From Rhizophagus irregularis (taxonomy: Eukaryota), in contig NC_089434.1 of the NCBI RefSeq assembly GCF_026210795.1, positions 2,604,001-2,668,000 of the forward strand: 64,000 nucleotides of DNA. The letters run 5' to 3'. Every line of letters begins with the position of its first letter. Positions within the stretch are counted from its first letter, which is position 1. This document shows, piece after piece, positions 13,029 to 25,130 of the stretch. A program made the position numbers and the translations under genes. The notes under the pieces are model-generated. The model worked only from the letters and a program-made list of their open reading frames with translations. It made no database searches and was not told the DNA's origin.

Positions 13029-15783
13029 TTAGACAACTTTTCTTTTTTTAGGCGTGTAATGACAATCAGGAATATCAAATTTTTCAGCTCTTCGTGGATT
13101 TTTCCATCTCTTCAGATTATCAGATGAGTTTGTTGTATAATTTACTATCTCCATTGTATTTAAAATTTTGAGCTACAGAAAAATGATGATCAATTTAACT
13201 TGTTAAAGTTAAAAATATAACAATCAGAATGGAAGTTTACCTTGGCATAAATAATGGAGACCAGAGCATCCAATGTTCTGCTAAATTGTTTTACATCGGC
13301 ATATATTTCCAATGGTGCTTCTCTCATATATCGACATACATATCCTTTTGGACAATCAAGGTTAGTCTTGATTAAATTAGCTCCTACATAAATTCCGAGC
13401 GTTAGTAATTTCGATCAAGTTCAATTCCAAAAACGTATCAATACATACAAACCTGCGTGAATAAATCCCGGGATGTTGATTTTACGCATCTTGTCTTCGT
13501 CAAAGTCTACCTTGCGTGCTAGACTAATAAATATGTCTTTTAAAACTTTTGGCAAAGATAAACCGCATTCCTTTATAGTCTTTGTCCCTTGTTCTCCTTC
13601 CCATTTCGATCCAGCATCGGATGCTGCCCAATCAACCAAACGACCGAACGTAACCGTCTCCTTTTTTTCCTATAGACTTCCGTTGCATTGGACCTATGTT
13701 GCTAAGGGTTCTGCCACGATTTTTCCTATCTTTGGTCGCTAGTCCAGCTTTTTCGCCTCTATGTAAAAAATATAAAGTAATAAATGATCCCTTAAATGGT
13801 TCTTAATTAAGCTAGATGAATGCTTATATCTACTTTAAATACTTCCATATAGCCTACATACTATGAAAATTTCGGGTATTTTTGCCTGCAAATCTATTTA
13901 AGAATAATATTATAACAGTTACTCTTTTACTCACCCGACGAAAAACACAAAGGGTACATCCGAAAAGGCTATATCAATTGTCCTCCAAACATTTATTCGG
14001 AACCAACTTTCTGGTAAATCTTGTGTACTTGTTAACGGATTTGGCTCCATTTCTAGCAAACGAACCCTGAAAAATATTTATTTATTGATAAGTAAGGAGT
14101 AAGATATGAACTATAAGAGTTCATCACTTACCAATCAGACACTGTGGTTCTTACATGTTCGTATGGGAAATCAACATGAGGATTGTAATTTTCGCAAAGT
14201 CGAGGGTGTGAAGAATAAAGTGCTTTGCGTATATCTTTTGTTGAATCCTGTAAAGAGAACTAGTTTGTCATAAAGATGCTAGACGATTGGAATGGCATCA
14301 TTCACAAATTACCTTTGCAAAAGAATCGATATATTCCAGCAAGTCATCATCTATTTTTGGTAATTCATACATGGATTTTGTTTCGCGAATCTCTGTTATC
14401 TCATCAGAAGTGAATCCAGACTGAACAAACTTGTCTCCAGGATCAATTATGAAGGAATGGACAAGACTAAAACAAACGAAATTTAGGTTGATTAGCGATC
14501 ACATTCTTGATTGTGCACCACAGTGTTATCACGGCTCTTACTTATGATATCTGCATTTTTTCCCTAGATTGTACAAGACATCTTCCACATATGTTCCTGT
14601 GCTGAGCTTCCACTTTTTATAACTCTTCATTGACTGAAATCTATATTCAGAAGACGGTAAGGCGAATTCTACAAAATCAGGGCTTGTGCAAAGGCAACAA
14701 AGACTCTTACCTTTGTGTAAATAATTCTCTGTCTTGAAAAGTGAATTCATCTAATGATTCGTCACTTTCAATTTCTTTGACTTTCTTATCCTGAAGCTCT
14801 TTGGTTAACTTTTCCCCCTCCTCGTTGTAATCATCTTGAAAGTCGGCAAATGATGATTTAACAGCTGGTGTTGTAGAGGTAACACTTTCTGAAATATGAT
14901 CTACTAATACATGCTTAGATTTGTATTGAAAGATTACTTCTTTTACAGCAAAAATCTGGATCTCGCGCTAATAGTAGATCAAGAAGAAAATATAAACATC
15001 ATACCACGATATAACATCGAAAACAGTACTTACTTTATTAACTCGATCCTCGATTGCAAGAGTTGCTAAGTTTGAGCAATGTTCCTTCCATAATATTAAG
15101 TTTGCAGGATCTTTATCGCAATTCTAATGAATGATATATATATATATAAAGAAATTAACTACGGAATCTTTACCACAATTCTAGTGAAAATAATAGTGAT
15201 TGCCTAGCCACGCATGATATGATGGAACCTATGAGATCCACCATCATAGCACACTTCCCACTTCAGGCAAGAAACATCTTGTCTTGTGCGATAAGATCGC
15301 TCAGTTAGCAACTGCAGGGTATGGGTTGGCCTATATATGATACCAGCGCATGCTATGATGGACCTATGAGATCCATCACCATAACACACTTCCCACTTCA
15401 GGCAAGAAACATCTTGCCTTGTGCGATAAGATCGCTCAGTTAACAACTGCCGGGCGTGGTAGACATAGTAAAGAAAGCGTTCTTAACTTGTAATGATTTC
15501 TCTAAAGCAGCCGCTTTCAGCTTCCGTCCCGTAAATGCTGAAGGAGGACTTTGAGTTCAAAACCCAGTGTTCTGTGCGCTTGTCCTTTACTACATCCAGG
15601 AACTTGATTGATGTAATAAATGTCCCAATCACTTATACTCCCCCATGAGGCTGGGTTACGGTTCCAGTATTCTGAAAGACAGTAATAAGAAGACTAAAGT
15701 TACTCTCCTAATAATAATGATGAAAAACAGAGCTTACCCGGATAGTACAGGGCTGCAAGGAGTTTGTCGTCGGTAAAAGTCAT
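13029..15783 (-). pseudogene. Multi-exon gene of a large fungal family with a possible restriction-endonuclease-like C-terminal fold; appears disrupted
   Basis: Start MTFTDDKLLAALYYP|gtaag; exons encode KKWKLSTGTYVEDVLYNLGKKCRYH, LVHSFIIDPGD, WAASDAGSKWEGEQGTK; ends PDCHYTPKKRKVV*; stop and frameshifts in places; family call from recall only. Confidence 0.55.
15204..15450. repeat. Tandem duplication of a ~135 bp hairpin-rich unit
   Basis: cacttcccacttcaggcaagaaacatcttg..gtgcgataagatcgctcagtt occurs at ~15252 and ~15387. Confidence 0.85.
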
Positions 15784-15955
15784 TTTCAATTGTCTCGTAG
15801 CTTGGAGAATAACAAAATAATCTATTTATCAGTTACTGATAATCTCTTAAACAGTGAAAACGCGGTGGGTTGGGTGTGATGCCTGTGATGAATATTTTCA
15901 CCGTCACGTGATAGTAAATTTTTTATGGTAAACCGCCTATATAAATAAGGAGCGT

Positions 15956-16028
15956 CCTTATCCTAGACCCCCGGTTCAGGTTTCTTATTCTAGACCCCCG
16001 GGGTTCAGGCTTCTTATCCTAGACCCTC
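15956..16028. repeat. Short tandem repeat, ~30 bp unit, about 2.5 copies
   Basis: cttat(c/t)ctagacccc...ggttcagg repeated. Confidence 0.7.
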
Positions 16029-16465
16029 CTTAAATATGATTGGTTTAATCATCCACCGAAATCCATTGGACAAGACTTATTTTTGCATGAAAATTTTTCA
16101 CGATGCACTGTATACACGCGTAACAGGTGTGACGGAAACATGTACTGTATGGATTCCTATGTATGTATGTATGGTGGTCAATGTATGGTATACGGTGTAC
16201 TTTTCATACATACATACTTTTTTATTAAATTATATAATTAGAGAAAACGTATGTATGTATGAAAATAAAATTTCACGTGACTATACATTGAATTCGGAAA
16301 TTTTTATAAAAAAAAATCCCTACTGACTACTTCACGTTTTTGATTTTTTTTTAAAAAAAAATTTTTTTCATGTATTAGAACTGTAAACGCAATTTATATT
16401 TTCTTTATTATGATTTATAAACGTATTATTATAAATTTAACAAAAAAAACTAAATATATTTTTTT

Positions 16466-18810
16466 TTAACATTTTTGTTGATTTTCTATTTCTAATGCTT
16501 CGGCTTTAGCTTCCATCATTTGTGCTTCAGCCTCAGCTACTCGTGCTTTAATTTCACGCTCCCTTAATATAATTTCCTTCTCTTTAAGTTCTAACTCGAG
16601 ATTTTTTTTATGAATCTCTTTAGAAAATGTTTCTTCTTCATTGTCTGATAAAATATTTTCAGCTCTTTCATGATTTTTCTTTGATCTAATAGGTGTTCTA
16701 CTATTAGAAGATGATAATTTTCTTTTTTTTGATGACTTGGGTAATTTACTTTATTCTTTTGAATACGAGATGCTATATATTATAAAAAAATTTTAAAAAT
16801 TTTTATAAATAAATAAATTAATTGATAAATAATGTTTTTACTTACTTTTGCGTACAATTGAATTTTGTAATCTCTTAACATCACTTTTGTCTCTATGAGT
16901 ATAAGGTACTCCATTTTTGTCATGAACTTCAATCGTTGTATAACACCTTGCATCGTACCTTTTTCCTCTTTAAATTATTTATAATTAATACATAATATTC
17001 ATAATATTAAATGTAATTTGGTAATTAAAAAAACTTAAACTAACTTTAAAATGGCTGATAATAACTTCAATTGCTTTCCTTCTCTGTTAGCCATGAAATG
17101 GGCCGCTTCAGCATTATTAGTATCTGATCCACTTTTATTCCAAATCTCATGATCAACATTTGAAACGTATTTATTTAAAGAAGATAAAACATATGATTGT
17201 CGATAATAATTCAACCATTCTATAAGAAAAAACATTTTTAAAAATTTATATTAATTCTTTTAAACTTCTAAAATAAATAAATAATATACCTTTTATTCCT
17301 TCATCATTTGTATCTTCTATTTGTTGCAGAAGATCATGAACTTGTTCTTTACTAGTTGCATTAGGAATTTGTCGTATTAAATTTTTCGTGCTTATAGTAA
17401 ATGTTTTATGAAATAAATTTTTTAAAAAAAAAATTAATTAATTAAATTAAAAGTAAAAGAGATAACTATTCAATAAATTTATAAATACCTTTCAAAGTGT
17501 ACAAGGCATGTTTTCAAAATAAATGTCAAGTGTGTTTCCCAACTTTTTTCGTGATCCAAATCATATAATGCTAATCCTAACCCCTTAGCCTGTGCAGCGT
17601 CCAAATCAGCCAGAATACATCCAATACCACTTCCATGAATATGTCAAAATTGAATAGATTGACCACTTACTTCACGAATTATTTGGAATAAAGATGAGAA
17701 TAACCTATGATACCCTTCAGCAGTAAAAACATTAGTAAATATACGACAAAATGACAATACTTAAAAAAAAAAAACTATGGTTAGTAACATCATTAATGTA
17801 TATCATTTATAATGCATGATGGGATTAATTTAAATAAAAATTTTACTTATTCAGGTGATGTTTGGAATTATACATGTTAATTTTAAATTCATTTATCTCT
17901 CCATTTACTCATTTAAAACTGACATTAATTTGAAAATAATCAAGTGTAATTAATTTTTTAGCCTGATTATCAAGCATACAAGTAATAATTACTTGGCCAT
18001 TATTTGAATAATGTAATAAAATTTTAAAAAATTTACCAATTTTGCAAACATAATTTATTAAATCTGATTTGGGATTTAATATATCATGATAAATTCCTAT
18101 AACTCCTTGTCCAAAAGGATGCAAAATCTTGTATGCTTTTCTTACTAAGTATCATAACTTGTCTATATTATTGAAAGAAACATAAACTTCTGCCAATATT
18201 TCTTTATTAAAATAAGTACTGAATAGATTTTCTATTAGTTTAATACTAGCCGTTAATCCGTTGCTTTGCAATGGTATACATACATATAAAAAAAGTGTGT
18301 AACAATTAATTCTGGCCAGAATTATATAATCAGTGCAGAAATTTCCTTTTTTGGAGTATTTGTGAAACTAAAATTTCCTATTTTTGTGGGAACTGGAAAG
18401 CAAAATTTCCTTTTTTAGAGTATTTGTGAAACTAAAATTCCCTATTTTTGTGGGAAGCAAAATTTCTTTTTTGGAAGTTCGTGTAATGTCACGTGATAAA
18501 GTGCCCAATGGAAGTGATATTACGCAATTCAAATTTATTTATACAGTGTAGTCTAAACATTATGGTTACACACAAAAACAATTATTATATAGTATAGATA
18601 TAGATATCAAAACTAAATTAATTATTAATTGATAATAATAAATAATAATCTTATTAATATTTTATACCTGATAATATTGATCTTGAAGTAACATTATCAT
18701 CTTGTTGAATAGCTTGAATAATTAAAGATTCTAAGTTATTCTTAATTTCAGAAGGAATCCTTTCAAGTGTTGGGATGGATGATTATGTATTTCTATATAT
18801 ACAAGTGCTA
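16466..18810 (-). pseudogene. Intron-rich Mutator/MULE-like transposase pseudogene
   Basis: IHNHP motif (~18780), GCILADLDAAQAKGLG, KTCLVHFER, SGSDTNNAEAAH (MULE-like D, CxxH and E motifs); coiled-coil tail; stops and frameshifts. Confidence 0.65.
18246..18604 (-). mobile_element. Non-autonomous Helitron in an intron of the MULE-like gene
   Basis: Minus strand starts TCTATATCTATACTATATAA and ends with hairpin ccattgc-aaa-gcaacgg then CTAG; inserted between A and T with no TSD. Confidence 0.8.
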
Positions 18811-18880
18811 TAAAAGAATAGTTATAAATGTTTATAAAAGTATAATAAAAATATCATATAAAAGATGGTATCATAATAGA

Positions 18881-19952
18881 TTTTTTTTTTTTTTTTTTTT
18901 ATGTTTTAGGAGATATCAGCATAACCGGCTCACCAAAGCTATGTGAAGGGAGCATTACAACTCCAGTTGCAGTAATATACTCCTATCGTTAAGCAACAGA
19001 TAACCAAACAACCTACTCTAATTATTTAGAAGTAACCGGATGTTCATCCTTCCTACCCCCTATATACCACACTGGGAAGACGATCCAAGTTTATACCCAC
19101 ACAAGAATGGATCGTAGTGCAGCAGGGTTTCTAACACAGTTATGCTACCTACTAGCACCTGTCAGAAGTGAGCAACCACCCACGTATGGCAGATATAATG
19201 GAGCAGACATCTAGAAGTCCTTCCATGATAGTTAGCTTAGAGGTACTGCAATACTAAGACTACTAATATGGCCTCACTTAAAGTCCACTACAGGCTGCAA
19301 TTACTGTATCAGCTTACCATAGTTGTAAGTCCCCCAGTAGTATAGCAGTGACTATCAGAACAGTAAGCTACTAAGGGTACTGGGATCCTTCCTTTATTAT
19401 AAGTAACCAACCCAGATTCCGAGAGATCACTCACCAAGACGTCATTCGCAGGAATCGAACTTTACCTTAGAACCTTATATACCTGTGAGCCTATGAACGT
19501 CTCCAATCAGCCTAAACCTATTAGAAGGTAAACTACTGCTAAGACATTGCACTTGAGACTTTACCATCTATTTTAGACCATCTAGCGTAGTAAACCCCCA
19601 CAGTAAAGTTCTGTATAACTTAGTGGTATTGTAGAGTGACCACCAAGACAAGAGCTCACCCAGATGGTATGCAAGCAGTAACCATCCAGACAGGACAATA
19701 GGCTTCCCAATGGCCTCATAGGGAACGCTAGGAGGATACCATAACCCTTTGTTGAAATATGCCACCGACCGGTACATACTAATTTACCATGATGCAGTTC
19801 AATCCCTGTACTTTCATACTATTGGTAGTAATGTCTGCAGTAAAATTCTTTTAATTTCCATGATCAGCGAAATTGAACCTGTGACCTCACCATACTCAGG
19901 CTTCATGAGGGGACTCACAGACTAACCAATGAACTAAAGGTGATCAACCCAT
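18881..19952 (-). mobile_element. ~1.07 kb SINE-like retroposon with tRNA-like Pol III head and poly(A) tail
   Basis: T20 at 18881-18900; TSD tatcataataga(t) at 18869-18881 and 19953-19965; minus-strand 5' end has A-box-like tagttcattggttag and B-box-like ggttcaatttc; second B-box gttcgattcc at ~19452-19461. Confidence 0.8.
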
Positions 19953-20021
19953 TATCATAATAGATATTTTCAAACAATAAAAATAATTATTTTATGTCGG
20001 AATTTGTATTACCATCTTTAG

Positions 20022-20340
20022 ATGCAAATATATCAAGATTCACTAATCCGTTTTTTATAATTTTAGGCTCATTGAAAAGCCCTTGTTCTGGACTTTATAG
20101 GCGAAAAAAGAGCTCGCCGATTGAATCATTAGATCCAGAAATATTTACATTTAAAGTTGAGGTATGAATTTTTTAACATGCTTAAATGCAAATATCTTGG
20201 GATCCACTAATCCGTTTTTTATAAATTTAGGCTCTTCAGAAAGTCCTTGATCTGGTCTATATGAGCGAAAAAAGAGCTTGCCGATTGGATCATTAGATCT
20301 GGAGATATTTATGTTTAAAGTTAAGATACAAATTTTTAAT
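20022..20340. repeat. Tandem duplication, ~165 bp unit x2
   Basis: atgcaaatat..cactaatccgttttttataa..gcgaaaaaagagct..ccgatt..atcattagatc at ~20022 and ~20187. Confidence 0.75.
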
Positions 20341-20754
20341 ATATATAGTAAGTACTAAGAATTATTAATTTAAAAGAAATATTTACCAACTTATAGTATA
20401 ATAACATTAAATAAAAGTTTTTTAATACTCACCCCCAATTTACTGTATATAGTATTTTGTATAATAAAAATATAACAAAATCAATGTTTTAATTAAAGGT
20501 AAACAAATCAACTTATATATATATTATTTTTTCTATTTTACATGCTATTTTACTATTTTATATACTATTTTTTATTTTATGTGTTATTTTTCATCTTTTT
20601 ATATACTATCTTTTATGTTCTTTTTATGTTACCTTTTTAATATGCTATCTTTTATATACAATCTTTTTCTAATATGCTATTTTATATGCTATTTTATATG
20701 TCATCTTTCTATGTTCTGTCTTTAATGTATTATCCTTTCTTTTTATATGCCGTC

Positions 20755-20990
20755 TTTTTGTATTATCTTTTCATATTATCTTTTGTGGCTTATATTTTTT
20801 TGTATTATCTTTTCATATTATCTTTTTGTATTATCTTTTCATATTATCTTTTTGTATTATCTTTTCATATTATCTTTTTGTATTATCTTTTCATATTATC
20901 TTTTTGTATTATCTTTTCATATTATCTTTTTGTATTATCTTTTCATATTATCTTTTTGTATTATCTTTTCATATTATCTTTCATATCATA
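20755..20990. repeat. Minisatellite, 26 bp unit (tattatcttttca + tattatctttttg)
   Basis: About eight near-perfect units; source of spurious ORFs. Confidence 0.9.
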
Positions 20991-21516
20991 TTATCTTTTC
21001 GTTTTTCTAATATTATTTTATGTATTTTTATCTTACGTGTTCTTTTTAATTCACTATTTTCTATTTTCATGTGTTATTCTTATAATCTATCTCTTGTAGC
21101 TTATAATTACTTCTCCTAATTATTCCTATTGATGAACTTGATAAACTTGTTGCTAAGCCGCAATCGATCAACTTCCTATTTACTCTATTTGATCTTCATT
21201 AATCATCCAATAAGCATTACGTCATGTAGATCATTTCTCTTCTTAAATGTTTATCCTTTTTAGCTAATTATTTATCCAATTATATGACTTTTTATCACGT
21301 GATCTTTCATTCTGTATATTATTCCTCTATATTATGCGATTACCTGGTTACAATGGAGGTATATTTTTCCATCAAATATATTTAGTAAAAAGACCCGTAA
21401 TTTAAGTTTTTTTTCATTGTACTGTTATTAAAAAATATCAGAAATATCGTAAAATCATTTTTTTTATTTTTAATAAAAAATATGAAATATGGTATTAATT
21501 TTAATGATAATGACAC

Positions 21517-21954
21517 TAAGGTTGCTTGCCGAAATCAAGTAGTTTAAGCCAAGCCTGAAACTTTTTTAAAACCGAAAGTTTAGGCAATTAAAAGTAAATT
21601 TGCCAAAATTATACAATGCCGAAACTTTTACTGAAAGGCCGAAATTTAGCCGAAACTATTAGCCAACATTAATACTATAATTCTGGCCAGAATAATGATT
21701 GACACGTAAATTTCCTTTTATGGAATTTTGTGTAATATTTGTGCGACATATTTCTTTGATTTTACTGGAAAACAAAATTTCCTTTTTTTGGAAATTTGTG
21801 TAATATCACGTGACACAATGTCATGATTTTGGCCGAATTTTAATTTTGGCCAAAATTAAGACCGAGTTCCGGCCTAATTTTGGCATTTTCAGCTTTTGAT
21901 TTGATTGGCCAAAACCTTTCAGAATTTCCTTTTTAGTTTCGGCAGGCAACTTTA
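21517..21954. mobile_element. hAT-type MITE
   Basis: TIR taaggttgcttgccgaaa / tttcggcaggcaacttta; 8 bp TSD aatgacac (21509-21516, 21955-21962). Confidence 0.88.
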
Positions 21955-22825
21955 AATGACACAGTTTTAACTGCTTTAGAAGACCTAGACTAGGAATTGG
22001 AATCGATTCCCATTATTAGAATCGTTATTAAAATCGATTAATCGCGATTAATCATTTCGCAAATACCGATTTTTTTTTATACTATTTATAATAGGTGTGT
22101 TTAAACACATATCACGTGATTACGAAAAATTACAGTGATCGATGAACAAAATTCCTTTTTTGGAAATTTGTACAACCTTGTGCGATAGCAACTTGAATTT
22201 TATTGGGAGATAAAATTTCCTTTTTAGGAAGTTTGTGTTCCGTCACGTGATTCGCGGGCGGAATTATGAATTTGCACTAGTCGAAAAAGGAACATTCGGC
22301 CTTAATACAATTCGGCCTATATTCGACTAAAATTAAAAAATTCGACTTCAATTAGTAATGATCTACGATTAGACATATATTCAACCTTGTTGAATAAACG
22401 TTACGCGTTACGCGTTACGCGTATTAAAAGTTTAAAAAAGGATCATCTTATTGCATTCTTTTTTAAACTTTTTTAATTTTCTTTCTTCCCCTTCCCCTTT
22501 CCCTTCGTTCCTCTTTCCTCCTTTTACTTCCCTTCGTCCCTTTACTTTTCTTATCCTTTTCCCCTTTCCCCTTTCCCTTCGTCCCTCAGTTTTTTTTTTC
22601 TTTTGTAGGTCAAGACGCCCATTTAGAAGGCCGGACTTCCTATTTCGAAGGTATATATATACCTTCAAATTTTATTTTGTTGTTTTTTAACGAAACGTTT
22701 TACTAACGTTTTCGTTTTTTGCTTTTGTAGATCAAGACGTGACTGAGATTCGTAAGTATTATTACGAATAGTGGATTTTTTTAATATTATAGAACGGTTT
22801 ACCAGCCGTTCTTGTTTTTTTATAG

Positions 22826-23405
22826 ATTTCGAGGGAAGTGAAAACGAAAGGGGAAGAGAAAACGAGAGGGGAAGCGAAAAAAACGAAAAAGGTGGGCGAA
22901 AACGGGAAGCGAAAAAATAAAAAGAAAGGGGAAGCGAAAAAACGAAAGGGGAAGAAAATGAAAGGGGAAGCTAAAAACAGAAAGGGAAGCTAAAAACGAA
23001 GGGAAGCTAAAAACGAAAGAAGCCAAAAACGAAAGGGAAAAATTTAAAAACGAGGGCTAAAAACGAAAGCTACAAAAACGAAAGGGAAGCTAAAAACGAA
23101 AGAAGCTAAAAACGAAAGGGGAAGCTAAAAACGAGGAAAGGGGTTAAAAACGAAAGGGAAGCTAAAAACGAAAAAAAAACGTGGGATAGGGTAAAACGAA
23201 AGGAAAAGGAAAATGGAAAAGAAGGGGGAAAACGAAGGGGAAAAGAAAGGGAAAACGAAAGGGGGAAAACAAAAGGGTAAAACGAAAGGGTAAAACGAAA
23301 GGGGAAAACGAAAGGGGGAAAACGAAAGGGGAAAACGAAAGGGTGAAACGAAAGGGGAAAACGAAAGAAAACGAAAACGAAGGGAAGGGTAAAACGAAAG
23401 GAGAT
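22826..23405 (+). repeat. Purine-rich degenerate tandem repeat (aaaacgaaaggg-like)
   Basis: Dozens of aaaacgaaag(g)n units. Confidence 0.9.
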
Positions 23406-23429
23406 GGATTTCCGAAAGAGTATTTTAAG

Positions 23430-25130
23430 ATTCGTAAGTATTGTATTACGAATCAAATATTTTTTTTTTTTTTGTTTTTTTTAAATATTATCGTTATGAA
23501 CGGTTTACTAACCGTTCTTTCTTTTTTTAGGTTCGGGTGGGCTTCCGAAGAACGGAAAACCCAAAGATTTGTAAGTACGAATCTTTAATTTATTTTTGTT
23601 ATTTTTTTATTATTACGAACGGTTTACTAACCGTTCTTGTATTTTTTTATAGGTTCGGGAGGCTTCGAAGAACGAAAACCCAAAAGATTCACGTACGAAT
23701 CTTATTTTTTTTATTTTTTTTTAATATTATGAACGGTTACTAATAACCGTTCTTTTTCTTTTTTTTTAGGATCGGATGGGCTTCCGTGTTCCGAAGAACG
23801 GGAAAATTCCAAGATTCGTAAGAATCTTGGATTTTTTTTTATTTTTTTTAAAAAAAATATTACGAACAGTTACTAATAACCGTTCTTTTATTTTTTATAG
23901 GTTCGGCCGTTCGGGTGGGCTTCCGTGTTCCGAAGAACGGGAAATCTCCAAAGATTCGTAAGAATCTTGGATTTTTTTTTTATTGTTTTTAAAAAAAATA
24001 TTACGAACGGTTACTAATAACCGTTCTTTCTTTTTTTAGGATCTGGTGGGCTTCCGAAGAAAGGAAAACCAAGAAACCAAGATTCGTAAGTAAGTACGAA
24101 TCTTGGTTTAATTTTTTTGTTTTTTTTTTTAATATATGAACGGTTTACTAATAACCGTTCTTTTCTTTTTTTAGGATCGGGTGGGCTTCCGAAGAACGAA
24201 AACCCAAAGATTCGTAAGTACGAATCTTTAATCTTTTTTATTTATTATTATTACGAATGGTTTACTAACCATTCTTTCTTTTTTTAGGTTCGGGTGGGCT
24301 TCCGAAGAACGAAAACCCAAAGATAAAGATTCGTAAGTACAGTACGAATCTTTATATATTTTTTATTTTTATTTTTTTTTATCATTTTGGAACGGTTTAC
24401 TAACCGTTCCTTTCTTTTTTTAGGTTTCGGGCGGGCTTTTGTGTGGGAAAAACCAAGATTCGTAAGTACGAATCTTGGTTTAATTTTTTTAATTTTTTTT
24501 TTTAATATTAATGAACGGTTACTAATAACCGTTCTTTCTTTTTTTAGGATCGGGTGGAGTGGGCTTCCGACCTTCGGAAAAGAAGAACCAAGATTCGTAA
24601 GTACGAATCTTGGTTTATTTTTTTAATTTTTTTTTTTAATATTACGAACGGTTACTAATAACCGTTCTTTCTTTTTTAGGATCGGGTGGGCTTCTGACCT
24701 TTGGGAAAGAGGAACCAAGATTCATAAGTACGAATCTTGGTTTATTTTTTTTTGATTTTTTTTTCAATATTAATGAACGGTTACTAATAACCGTTCTTTC
24801 TTTTTTAGGATCGGGTGGAGTGGGCTTCCGACCTTCGGGAAAAGAAGAACCAAGATTCGTAAGTACGAATCTTGGTTTATTTTTTTGATTTTTTTTTAAT
24901 ATTATTATGAACGGTTACTAATAACCGTTCTTTTCTTTTCTTTTTAGGTGCCGGGTGTCTCAGGTGTCTTCTGAAGAACGGAAAAAACCAAAGATTCGTA
25001 AGTAAGTACGAATCTTGGTTTTTTTTCTTATTTTTTTTTAATATTATGAACGGTTACTAACCGTTCTTCTCTTTTTTTTATAGGTTCGGGTGGATTGCTA
25101 AAGAACAATCAAAGATTCGTATATACGAAT
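23430..25130 (+). repeat. Tandem array of ~13 units (~115-145 bp), each with two palindromes, splice consensus sequences and a variable GC-richer segment
   Basis: Repeating (aa)gattc-GTAAGTAC-gaatc(tt), T-run, gaacgg-tt(t)ACTAA(TAA)-ccgttc, polypyrimidine-TAG, g(a/t)tcgggtgggcttccga... Confidence 0.92.

Noticed and set aside
19850..19950. Functional tRNA gene
   Set aside because: Only A/B-box similarity, no convincing cloverleaf, and it lies inside a poly(A)/TSD-bounded retroposon
20674..21119. Three overlapping hydrophobic ORFs
   Set aside because: Translations of the 26 bp minisatellite
22432..24626. Phe/Pro-rich and Lys/Gly-rich ORFs on both strands
   Set aside because: Arise from low-complexity purine/pyrimidine tracts and T-runs; no coding signature
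23430..25130. CRISPR-like array (palindromic repeats with variable spacers)
   Set aside because: The 'spacers' are homologous to each other, the repeats are degenerate, there are no cas genes, the context is eukaryotic, and the array lies within CACTA TIRs
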